DNA of 63,855 nucleotides, filler included, from Perkinsus chesapeaki ATCC PRA-425 (lineage: Eukaryota; Protista; Perkinsozoa): NCBI GenBank assembly GCA_013115145.1. It is 8 parts of 8 records of this genome, joined end to end, with 100 filler letters (N's around TTAATTAATTAA, not from the genome) between each part and the next. Parts side by side here need not be neighbours in the genome. Positions count along the whole stretch, not along the records: positions 22,228 to 54,219 come from JAAPAO010000409.1; 7 more parts are not named here. The stretch is one strand, 5' to 3'. The notes under the pieces were generated by a model. It was not told the DNA's origin. It ran no database searches and saw nothing but the letters and a program-made list of their open reading frames with translations. Position numbers and translations under genes: made by a program. This document shows, piece after piece, positions 23,834 to 35,060 of the stretch. Position 1 is the stretch's first letter, and the number at the start of each line of letters is the position of its first letter.

Positions 23834-25608
23834 TTATGCGCCTCGGAGATCATCTTTAACATCACTATCTCCTGTATACATTGACATGCTAGATGTGAGG
23901 AGGTCATCACTCGTGGCCCCAGCAGGCGAGGCGAACTTGATGTGCATGGGCGGTGGGACATAGAACACTGCCCCTTTAGCGCATCTCTTGGCGGCTCGCG
24001 TGTCCAACAGGTCGATTCCGGCGCCATCCTCCTCGGTGTCCGCTGGGGGGTGGAGCACATCGTTCGCTAGACACCTCACCGATTCTCTCGATCTGAAGTT
24101 GTACCTACTGGAGCAGTTAACACTGAGGGAAAGCCGATAAGTTACCAGAAGGGATTGAAAGCATCATCGTAGAAGAGCATCCAGGGAGACAGAGGCTGTG
24201 ACAGAGAGATATTCCTTTCTATTATCATCATGAGAGAATCGATATTATTAGCAAAAAGCTTCTTTGAATAAGCTGCCTTGCGTAAACCAAATATAGTGTG
24301 GTTCTGCCTGGCCCCTTTACGATGAATTCTAGATGAGCATTCGGTACAGAGGACATCTTCGCACTGCATGCAAATATATGATGCCTCGTTGGAGTCGCAC
24401 TCGAAACAGAAAGTAGTCATCGGCAACCGTACACAGTGCCTGAGAGTGCGTATCTTAGCTCGATGCTTGGCAGGTTCACCTCACCTCGATCTCTTTCCGG
24501 TTTTATGAGTACTATGGAAGCAATCGCTGCAGTAAAGATCGGCACAATCAACGCATCGTACTACGGCCGATTTCACCTCACATTCCGAGCAAGCACATTG
24601 CTCGATGAACACGGCAGGGTGGTCCAATCTGTGGCCTGTAGAGTGAACCGCGACCATGCAAGCATTGCAGAAGATGTCATGGCAGCTGCCGCATATAACA
24701 TCACCGAGCGCTGTCTCACACTCAACACAGTACCTTCAACGAAGTGTGACACAGACGATTGCAGTTGTCACTTACAACAGACCACTTGGCGATACCTTCT
24801 TCATGAATGCTGCTCTTTCGAGAGCTAATTGAACTATAAGAGCGTGAACGTCAATAACAGTGTCAACGGTGAAGTGATGAAGTCCTCCGGCGTGTTTAAC
24901 AGCAAAATAGGCTGCTTCCAAGGACTGTTTAACGCGACGGATGAGAAAGCTCTCAGTTAGCACATCAATGTTAAGATACTCAAGAAGGCGCTCAATAACC
25001 TTTGGAGTTGATACCTGTACCAAGCACTGTTCTACTGAATCGAAATGGTGGCTCACCTTTCGAACGTCTCTGACACCAGAGATCTGATGGTACACAAGTT
25101 CCTTGACGAGGTAAAGTCTGTCCTTTCGTTTCTGTTCCAGCTCCTTCCATTCGAGCATCAATCGTGCTGCTAGCAGCCTGTGCTCTTCCACCACGGGGTG
25201 ATAAGACCTACGTCCGTCCCTTTTATGCCCACCGCAGGCCGCCCTACTTAGACTCTTGGGATACCGAGTTGGTATATGTCAAGTCAGTGACATTCGCGGA
25301 GGGTCGCGAGACTGTACAGATCCAGCCGTTATCTCGCAGAGCCAGCAGACAGTCTCGTACTATCCAGTGGAACTGGGATTGTGACTCGACATCGATGCCT
25401 GATACGTAGTGGAACAACAAACGAACGAGTGGCTCTTACCGAGGGCAACAGACATGGCATCGATCACCTCCGGGTCGAACTGAGTGTATAACTTAGGCGC
25501 GACCTTCGGCTCGTAGCTAGAATGCGGACGAGCTGGGACTGGTAGAAGCTGCGGTAGCTCCGGATCCGAGTGGGTTCGAGCCCGGAAGCCTCCGAAGGGA
25601 TTATCCAT
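23834..25608 (-). CDS. Multi-exon protein with B-box zinc finger and WW-like domain
   Basis: CFECDSNEASYICMQCEDVLCTECSSRIHRKGARQNH (B-box) followed by SPWMLFYDDAFNPFW|YNFRSRES (WW-like, second Trp absent). Start MDNPFGG at 25608. Confidence 0.65.
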
Positions 25609-26152
25609 GGTTAACTTATTATGCGGCGCGAAAAAGGGAACTTGCGCCGAGATGATTAGGAAGTCGCAAGTGAGCAAGATACCCCCGGCGGAGCCCGAGA
25701 AGCCTTCAGGAGGATTGTGGACGAGCAGTCTACGAGTCAGGGATCAAGTTGATAGATAACGCAACCAAAGCCTTGCATCTTAATACACACTTGTATGGGA
25801 CAGGAAGCGCCAAGCTACTAAAGAAGCGTTCACGCTAATGAGTGTGATGAGCCAAGTCACTCCAAGAGCCAGCAGCAGCTGACGGTGGCGATAGCAGCAA
25901 GGCCCGAGTGTCCTGGTGAGAGTGGCCGTATGGATTGTCGCATTCACCACATTCAGCTTAGAACCGGAGAGGGTCTCGGCGTTACATGCCTCGTCTGAAT
26001 CAAACAATACGGGACTAAAACTGTACGGCGCGATGGCTTTCTTAGCACCGTGGTGCTTCCCATCCGCTCATTCGTATCTTTCAGTTTCGTTGGGCATCCG
26101 TGACTAACTGGAAACTCGAACACCTCTGATAGGTATTAGAAACCGTCAAACG

Positions 26153-29100
26153 TCATCCGAACATCAACGTTCCCTTTCTTCTTTCCGCCGCGACCCTTCC
26201 CCCGGCGGCCTCCTTTTCCCTTGCCGCCGCCGTGACGTTTGCTCAATCGAGCGAAGGAACTTTCTACTTGGGAATTAAGGGCGTCGTCGCAGACTAAACA
26301 ACCTACTATACCTGATAAACGAAACTATTCTCGCAACAAAGTTTTTGAAAGCTTCTTCTCACTGTTGGCACCATCGGGGAGAGGCGACTTTCCTTTATTG
26401 AACTCCACGTTCAAGAGCTTGCTACCGCAATGCTCACCTAAGCAAGGAGGAGAGTATTCCAGGCCTTTCTCCGATAACTAACATTTTTCTTTGGTAACGG
26501 TTATTTTGTACGCCTTGTCTTCAAATAGTCGCAGCTGATAGTTGCATATATTGCAATCTAATTTCCACTTCGGCTTGCTTTCAGCGTCGAGACACAGTGT
26601 GCCTGTGCAGTTCTCCTGGGGACATCCACACACCTACAAAAACGCAAGCTCAGACAGGCTAGCGGCGGCCTAAGGGGCTCTTTACACCGACAGACGCCAA
26701 CGCATGTCGGCAGGTAGGATGGAGGCATTCCCAACAGGAGCTCTTCGGCTTTGATTCTGGGAATGGTGGATCATTGTAACACCTGTTAAACTACTATTTC
26801 ACAAAGGAAGCAGGATGATATGACTTACATTGGGCAAAGAGGGTACTGCTTTCGACCACCACCACTCGTAGAAGGATACGATATCATCACCAACTCGAAG
26901 TTGTCCAGAGGACAGGTGAGCTCCTAAGCTCCTCACATGTTGTCAATTATTGCTACAAGAGCGTCCTTTACTTTATATAATTTCACACTACTGCCAGTCT
27001 GCGGTAGAGCATATGTCTCGTCACAGTGTCGGCAAAAAAGTCGAATGGGCTTCTTGTCGATGAGGTTCATGTACCTACCACGCTACCCATGGAAACGCAG
27101 GGGAGGCAGCGTCGCCCAGGTCTCACATTCTGCATTTTCCGCAACGCGAAATCGGCTTTCCTGTGGCCGCCAAAGAGGTGAAGGTGGCTTCGAAGAGATG
27201 GTCCATAAGGTCGACATGCGCCACGAAATATACGAACTTTTGCTGGAAAATCGTGAGAGCGTGAGCTGTCACCTGCCATAGAAAATAAGATATCCTACCA
27301 CTCACCCTTCAGTCTCAGCACACTTTGAGCGCATCGTCCCCCCCCAAATCTAACGATGATGAAATTTAGAATCTCGAATCCAATCTTAGGTACCGTAGGC
27401 GAGCGGCCACGATACAGGAAGTGAAGTCAAAGATCGGAGATGATCAGCGGAATTACGTGTTCCCCAGAAGAGACCAGCCCTCGTTCTTACTTCATCCTTC
27501 CTAGCCTTTCCGTTAGCAATAAGAGTACACTCACCCTCAATACTAGCTCTCACTTTAGGTATAACAAGCTCATTATCAATAGCCTGATAACCATGAACCA
27601 AAGCAATACCTAAAAGCACCGTGTACCTTTCACTCTCACTTGCATCATCATCGTAGCTCACTGTTATGAGATCTCCCTGAGCTAAGCCCAAAAATTTTCA
27701 CACTGAAAGGCCTCAAGAAATATACTCACTGAACCCAAGAGACGCGAATCCCTCTGTAAGATCTTTCTCCCTCGCGATGAGCAAAAAGAGCATATTTTAC
27801 TGTTAATTAAAATAGCACTTACCAAGCTTGGTAGGAACTAACCTACGGCCGTCGGTCAGCGAAACATAGTTCCGCTCGCAGATGTTATTGATATGGGTAG
27901 CCATCGACGCGTCGGTGCCAATGCCGTTCTTCTCCATCAAACCCAAGAGATCTGAGAGGAGGCTCCTGAGATCTCGAGAAGTTCCTCTCAAGCTTACCAG
28001 ACTCGGAAAGATACGGCGGTGGCTTAGTTTTGCCGGAGCTGATCGTCTTTGATGCGATCTGTAACTTCTCTCCAATTTTCAACTGAAGTCCCGAAGAATG
28101 GAACGTTGATAGGAATCGACGAGCCTACCGGTGGGACGTAGATATCCTGCATCTCGCCTGTGTATTGGACTCTAGTGAATCCCGGGCTCTTCATCCGGCG
28201 CCCGCTAATGGAGAATTTCTGATAGAAAAATGAGTTTCTGATGTTTAGTAGTCCGCAATATATGAATAGAGGATATTAGAATTGGTATATATCTACTTAT
28301 GATATATCATATAATAGATAATCTTAGGTATAATAATTATATAAGAGATATAGATGGTGATGATATCGATCAATCCGCATAGAGCATGCTCCGCAAGGAA
28401 ACAGGCTACAGTGCATTTTCGCCCATAATCAACTTACCTCCTCCCCAATAGAAAAGTGAACCTTAGTTCTAGTGAACTTGCAGTCATGACTGAGGGTCGC
28501 CAGGAAATGCCGCGTTAGCATGTCGAACAGTCTCCAGGCATCCGAGCTTCCAAAGTCCCCTTCAGTAGCCGATCTGATCGAGTACGAGGGATGACCCTTT
28601 ACAAAACAACTCTTTTTCACTTGCTTACCTCACTGGAGTGATAGGCGGATGATCGCCGGCATCATAGCCCTCCTTTGGCCGATTCAAGCCAGTCGTGAGC
28701 AGCTCCGTGGCAAACTCTCCCCAGTACCTATCACCTCGGTCTTATGAGAGCAAGGGGATCTCCAACCTTACGGATTCCTTGTTTGGAAGGAGACTGCTTC
28801 CTTGAGATCGAATGCTGGTGGGTACTTGGTGGTCTCTGTTCGGGGATACGTGATGTAACCAGACAAATAAAGCCTTTCGGCAACCTAAACTTACTATCCC
28901 AGAGGTGCGACCTTTATAGCCGCTGCAATAAGGAAACCGTTTCCACGTGGAAGATTGAAGTCGATGAACACGATGATACAATCGTATCAATGCCTCCTAC
29001 GGGTATATAATAATGTATCAGTGCCTTTTACGAGCCGCTCCTCAGTCTCAGTCAGAAGCAGATCAGCTCAGTGTAATGGTTGTTATTCCGACTTCCATCC

Positions 29101-30764
29101 GGTCATTCGGATGCGTGTTGACACATTTGACAACTCCACGGATAGCCCTGTTGTTGTTCTACCTGCATCGCCTGATGTGGCCCCATGCCTAGCTGTTGTG
29201 ATGCCAACTTAAGCATCAGTACTGTGTTCATAGCTCCCGGCCTAGACCGCCGTTCCTAAACCTCAGCACTCCCCGCTCAAATGTGTGCCTATGACTACCT
29301 CTTTTTCACTGACATCTGTAACAGTAGCCCACTGGTAGTCGTCAATCGTCGACTTGAACGTCGTAGTAGCCTGTAGATCAAATAACTGCCCTCTGGACCA
29401 CTCCAGCCATAAGGCGCTCGCGAGCTGTGAACCTGTCATTTCCCCTGTATCCTCCACCCTCTCCTTCCTACTACCTTCCAATTTGATGTCTATGGAGTAA
29501 TAAGTCTCTGGTTGGAAGGTCTGTATATCATTATGTCTCCGAACACAGAACCACAGAGTCGGCGTTTGACATGGACCATAGGATACCAACGATGAATCGA
29601 GATCACCGTATTTACCCTAACAAAAACTATCCCGCTTAGTCCCGTAAAGGCTACGGCCGATAGTAATAACCGTGGTCTCCACGGCGGGTTCGAAATTCGG
29701 GAATCTTCCGACGTAGGTTTTTACTACACTCCTTCTGCATAAGTCTATCCATTTCCGTAACTGGGATTCTCGTAAATTGAATTCCTCGCCAACCCCGAGG
29801 TCGGCGCTATGCCACTATAAATGGCCCCCTATTGCCGTACGAGTCACCAACATATTCTCCTCGTCCACAAATATCACATCTGTTTCTAAGCACCCTGTAC
29901 ATTTCACCACTGGCCGGAAGACTACCTGGAAGTATCTCGTTTGGAAGCGCGTGAACGCCACGCCAGTTTTGAGATCAATTTCCTGGCGCGCGTCCACAGA
30001 CAGAGCCTCATTTTGATTAGGGTACCCTAGGTTCCGGTAAGCATGCTGAAAACAAATCGCAGTTCTCAGAGCTCGAACGAAGCCATACCTGCAAGTCCTT
30101 GGCCACCAGACTAGAGAATTTCGCGCGCCACACATTCTTGCGGTCCGACAACTGCGGTACGACGTTCTGCATAACCTAACAGCGCCACACGCGCTTCCTT
30201 GTCGATTGCGCCCCGAGCGGACCTCATAACAGATGTTTTCGCCTTCCCTATCGCAGTCCAACCACAATACCAAATGGTTGCAGCCCTTCGATTCTGAACG
30301 GAGATGTTGAGGCATCCTTTGCTTCGGATTAGCCTAATAATATCCCAATCACTCAAGGGTCGTTTTCTTTCCGAAGTACAGTCAGTTGTTGCACACTTTC
30401 CGTACCTCCTTCTGGACAGTCTTGGACTCGAATAGCTTGGCAGGATCAACTCTGTCCCAGTTGTTGAGCTCTGGTGGAAAGTCTATACTATAAACATGTC
30501 CCGCTACTGAGGTGATCTTAATCCATGCAGGACTTCCCTGACCGACGAGTATCTTAGCTCCACCCTTACACTTGGACTACCTGGAAGTCGCCGTTGAATT
30601 CGTGCACTTGGGAGACTGGCGAAGCTCCACGTCGGGACTGAATGCGGTTCTGATCCGTTTCAATCAACAAGGACTCGTACATTGTATTTCCCCTTGCACA
30701 ACGCCTTCGCCAGGGCCTCGGCGATCGACGGTTTTTCGGCTACCATGAGCACTTGCTGGACCAT
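26153..30764 (-). CDS. TOP3B: DNA topoisomerase III beta (many exons)
   Basis: MVQQVLMVAEKPSIA; LVLWLDCDREGENICYEV; VDARQEIDLKTGVAFTRFQT; SYGPCQTPTLWFCV; GLMEKNGIGTDASMATHINNICERNYV; TGKPISRCGKC; Gly/basic C-terminal tail. 3' end approximate. Confidence 0.9.
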
Positions 30765-30913
30765 CTTGGCGGGTGATGAAAGTCAACTGCTCAGTCATTG
30801 ACCGTTACCCAACTCAACCCTATTGAAAGAGACCTTCAAAATGTTCCATCGACGACAATACTAAGCAACAGTCCTCGCCTTATTCACCTCGGCGAGGTCT
30901 AGTGAACATAACC

Positions 30914-31285
30914 TTACTCGGTGGCCTCATCAGCAGCACCACCGGTGTTACTGGCCACCACGGAGCGGAACTTGGCCAGGATGTGGAGGCAGACGACACA
31001 GCCCATATAGGCAAGGGAGAGGACCAAAACGGTCGTGGGGCCGACCTTGATGCCCGGGGCGTCGTCGGTATAGAACTTGAGGATTGAGTTACCAGCGGCC
31101 TGATAAAACATTATACGAAGCTACTAGCCAAAGGTCCCTTTTACCCTCCTTCCCGAAGTGGGAGCAGACTTCTGGCTGCTACCGACGTTCCTTCTGTGTA
31201 GGTGATTGGTACGGGCGCCACCTACGGTCTGGGCTGGGGCAGCGGTGCCGGGAGCGTTCATTGTGGTTTCGGAGCCCTTGGTCAT
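30914..31285 (-). CDS. SEC61B: Protein transport protein Sec61 beta (2 exons)
   Basis: Low-complexity N-terminus, then ILKFYTDDAPGIKVGPTTVLVLSLAYMGCVVCLHI. Confidence 0.92.
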
Positions 31286-31445
31286 TTTGAAGAAAAAATG
31301 AAGTGTTTAACCTAACGGCTGGGAGAGCTACTTTGTCGTATCACTGATTAGAGTATCCTGAGCTATTAGGAAGGGGCACTATCAGTAGCACTAGCCATAA
31401 AGTAGGGGAGCCTGTTACTCTCCACAAACACGAGCAATATCGATT

Positions 31446-31498
31446 AGCTGGGCGCGCGCTGAATCTTTAGACCGCGAGTTCGAATCCCCGCGGCAGCA
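31446..31498 (+). other. Degenerate tRNA-like element between divergent SEC61B and SFT2 genes
   Basis: GAGTTCGAATCC inside a CCGCG..CGCGG stem, ending GGCAGCA; loosely collinear with tRNA-Phe (GGG.G.GCG..CTGAA..TCT); D-arm not formable. Confidence 0.3.
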
Positions 31499-31535
31499 TT
31501 TAGACCACTTTTAATTTTATTTTCATTTCATACGT

Positions 31536-32696
31536 ATGCAAGCAGCAAGTGAAAGCACTGTTTCAAGGGGCTGGTGGCCGAACTTCTCTCTTCCACAATT
31601 ATCAGCCAACCCATCAGAAAGCACCGAAGTCGACGATGACGATGGTATCATTACGTATCTTTGTCCGGACCTCACATTAAAGCAGCGAGTAGACCTCGGG
31701 GGTATCTTACGCGTTGACGATTTAGTAACCAATTATAAAATCGGTGTCGATAAACTATATGTTACTATTTATAAGCTGAGCTCCAAAATATCTTTATGGA
31801 ACCACTGTGGCGAATGCACTCGTCAGTGCAGGGCTGGGCTGTCAATAATCGACCGGAATTTCGCGAGCCTTTCTCAATTTTCCCTCGTTGGCATGTTCCC
31901 GAGAAAGAGACTACGAAATGCGGACCTAGCATTAATCAATATGAATATTCGGGAAGGCTGACCATTCACGAAGAGGAGTCGATCTTTGAGGCTTTTTGGA
32001 AGCTCCGAATGTTTTCAGACTTATGACTGGCAACAGCCTGACTCTGATCAGGTGATAGGCTGGGCTGTATGTTTCTCCTTCGGCCTCTTGGTCACCGTAG
32101 CCTCTATGGGCTCCCTCAAGTGGCTCGTCCTCGGCAAACCTCTGAGGTTCGCTCTCACGTACAACTGGCCCCTGCTAACTTCTACATCAGTGAATCTCCC
32201 AGGTATACGATCGGCAACCTCTGCGAGTTGGCATCTACAGTGTTCCTAGTGGGACCGGCGAGGCAGTGGCGCAATATGAGCCAGAAGCACCGGGCGTGGG
32301 CAGCAATAATGTAGTAGATGCCGGAGGGTCTACCAGAAACCAATTTAGACAGTTCGAAAACTTACTTGGCCGTAAAAATCAATTAGGTCGGATGAGGTTC
32401 GAAATGAGTGATTAGAGGATGCCTCGTAAATGTCCCCACCATACGCCGCTACATGAGCTTCCGAAATCGGCAGCTCCGAAATATCTCTTGGAATAGAGGG
32501 ACGCCTCAGATACGTCACCGCGATGGTGGCGACACTATTAGTATGCTTCCGATGGCCCGAGGAACGTCTGCTGGTGGTAGTGCTGGTTTTAGCACAGTGT
32601 TGTGCCGTTATCTGGTACTCTCTGTCCTACATCCCTTATGGCCGCCATCTGGCCAGGACGGTCGGCAACAGGTTCTCATCATACTTGCTTGAATGA
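31536..32696 (+). CDS. SFT2: SFT2/Got1-family vesicle transport protein (4 exons)
   Basis: CPDLTLKQR|VIGWAVCFSFG..KPLRFALT|YTIGN..FLVGPARQWRNM..|..IWYSLSYIPYGR. Confidence 0.85.
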
Positions 32697-32932
32697 TTTA
32701 AAGTGTTTCATCTCGATACATTTTATTACGTTTACTCCTCCTGGTGAGCAGTTAGGGAATTCCTGGCGTCAGGTTCCTCAGGATAACTGTTCGTTGTTCC
32801 AAGAAGTGGATCTGCGCAGAATTTACTCTGATTTACTGGCACACTTGAGATTTATCTTGTCCTCCTTACAGAACCCTCTTTGCTTATCGATCGCGGTTCG
32901 TGGGTGAGGGATGTTCTGTTAGCGCTTAGTTA

Positions 32933-33690
32933 ATGTCGGCCATTTTGGGCCTAAGGCCAATGGCCTCTATGAGGACCTCCTCATTTGCCTTGCACCACCG
33001 GCAAGCCGTGGTGATGGGACATGCTCGTGGTATCTCGACATTGAAAATCAAATTCCAAAAGTGGTTGGATGATTCGGAGGAGGGAGAAAAAAAGCCGTTG
33101 AGTGAGCGCTGGAAAGATCGGATGAACCGCGCCTATCGCTGGTTCGATGAGCCTAAGCACACACCGATTGGGGCGGGCTTCTGGTGGCTGCTAACCCATG
33201 ATGTTAAGACATTTTATAAGTGGGACTCGGCACTGAGGCTGGTGGTCTTCTCCTCGGTCCTTTACTATATCTACTCGGCGGTAGTACAGTGGTGCTTCGC
33301 TCCGCCTTTTTAGCGGTTTTTTGTGCAGTATAAAAATCTCAAGTTCAAGAGGAGCGAGAGGATTCCAGAGACACCTCAGCAGAGGATGCAGCGGCATCAC
33401 GATGAGAGGACGGCGCGGAAGGAGACAGCGGTGTTGCACAACTCCTACCAGAATCAGATGCTGCAGGTCGTAGGAAGGCTACTGGAGTCCATCTCGTGCA
33501 TTCTGGGGGATCGAGAATATCTTTCTCACTAGGAAGTTTTTATTGTCTTTAGGAATGGCGGGACGCCTCTGAGGAGCGTATCTCTCGGGTGATGGAACAG
33601 ATCAAAAGGGAAGAGGACCTTCTTAAGGAATGGGAAGTTGTTGAGGTTGGTGATGAGGAAGTAGAGGAAGAGCGACATGAACGTCCGTAA
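32933..33690 (+). CDS. Hypothetical single-TM protein with mitochondrial-type presequence (multi-exon)
   Basis: MSAILGLRPMASMRTSSFALHHRQ start, hydrophobic LVVFSSVLYYIYSAVV, charged helical C-terminus ending TAA at 33688-33690. Confidence 0.55.
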
Positions 33691-33773
33691 GGTGTTTTGC
33701 CATGTACTGTTTCTGCTTACTAACGGCGAGGGGTTCCAGTGGGTGGTGGTATGGTTAAGTTATTCCATTCACA

Positions 33774-34892
33774 ATGATTCTCAATGAGCTCTTCCCTGGT
33801 GTATTCATCGGCGACCAGGAGGCAGCTAACGCCTGTTTGAGGCGGTCTAGGCTTCGCAGCAAGAGAGGGATCACTGCAATACTTCGCTGTAATGCTCTGG
33901 TGGAGGGAGAGACGCTACCGGAGGCACCGGAAGGCGTGGCGTTCGAATACGTACCGCTGTGGGACGACGGAGAAGATGACCTGCTGCCCTACGTGGACAA
34001 CGCTGTCGGTTTCATTCGATACTGTATAGACCACCACGGAAAGGTGTTGGTGCACTGCCAAGCGGGACGGTGTAGAAGTGCTGCTATGATATGTGCGTAT
34101 CTTATGCGCGCGTGGGGGCTGGAGTTCGACCTGGTCGAGGGGATGGTTCATGAGAAGGAGGAGGACATTGAGATATCGGAGAACTTCCGACGACAGCTTA
34201 AGTTGTGGGGAACTGTCTATAAGATGGACATGTCCTTGGATACTGAGGAGCATCAGCAGTATTGGGCTGGGAAAAGGCTGGCTGAGGCAGCAGCAGCGGC
34301 GCCGCCGCAGGTAGAGGAGGAGAAAGAGACTGATGCAGAGGGCTTCGCTTGGAGATCGGCACTTGTAGAGCTCTACGAGGAGCTGGAGGAGCCCGAGCCT
34401 GAGGGGAAGGTTGGCTACCTCCTCAGTAAGGCCGGTAATGCCGATGAGCCTCATATACTGTATTTGCGGATCTGTAGGAAGTACGGTCTTTCCTTTGAGT
34501 CCAGGCCACAGGCGGTTCGTGATGAGATCCTGGCCCTCCGGCCACAGAAGGCCGCTCAAAGACTTCGGTGCGGTCGGTGCGGCAAGACGCTGTGTGGCGA
34601 TGTGAATGTTGTTCACGGTGGGAAGAGGTGCACTAGTTACTTCGTAGAGGTGATGGAGTGGATGACGGATGTGATAGAATCGGCGCACAGCGGAGCGGAG
34701 TTCGTGGGCACTGAGGCGTTGCTGTGCAGTTGCGGCGCTAAGCTGGGCAGTTGGAACTGGTATGGTTTGAAGTGCAGCTGTGGCAAGTTCACCGCGCCGG
34801 GGATGCAGCTGCACACCTCCAAGGTGGACGCCTTGCCCATACGGGCCGGGGATGTGGTGAGTCTGCCGAAGCCCTATTACACCGGCGAATAA
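33774..34892 (+). CDS. Dual-specificity phosphatase DUSP12/Yvh1-like, intronless
   Basis: WDD acid loop and HCQAGRCRSA active site; C-terminal zinc domain LRCGRCGKTL..CSCGAKLGSWNWYGLKCSCG. Confidence 0.9.
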   Translation: MILNELFPGVFIGDQEAANACLRRSRLRSKRGITAILRCNALVEGETLPEAPEGVAFEYVPLWDDGEDDLLPYVDNAVGFIRYCIDHHGKVLVHCQAGRCRSAAMICAYLMRAWGLEFDLVEGMVHEKEEDIEISENFRRQLKLWGTVYKMDMSLDTEEHQQYWAGKRLAEAAAAAPPQVEEEKETDAEGFAWRSALVELYEELEEPEPEGKVGYLLSKAGNADEPHILYLRICRKYGLSFESRPQAVRDEILALRPQKAAQRLRCGRCGKTLCGDVNVVHGGKRCTSYFVEVMEWMTDVIESAHSGAEFVGTEALLCSCGAKLGSWNWYGLKCSCGKFTAPGMQLHTSKVDALPIRAGDVVSLPKPYYTGE

Positions 34893-35060
34893 CGTTTCTT
34901 GTTGGGGGCTGCTGTTGGGTTGGTTACCTTTAGATGGGCATTCCTCATTACTGGAATGGGCGCTTTAACGTCGCTTCGGGTCATATAAGGACAGTGGGAG
35001 GGAGGATGACCATGGGAATGATTGTGGGGCGCGCAAGAAATTATGGTTATAGCGGTTTGA

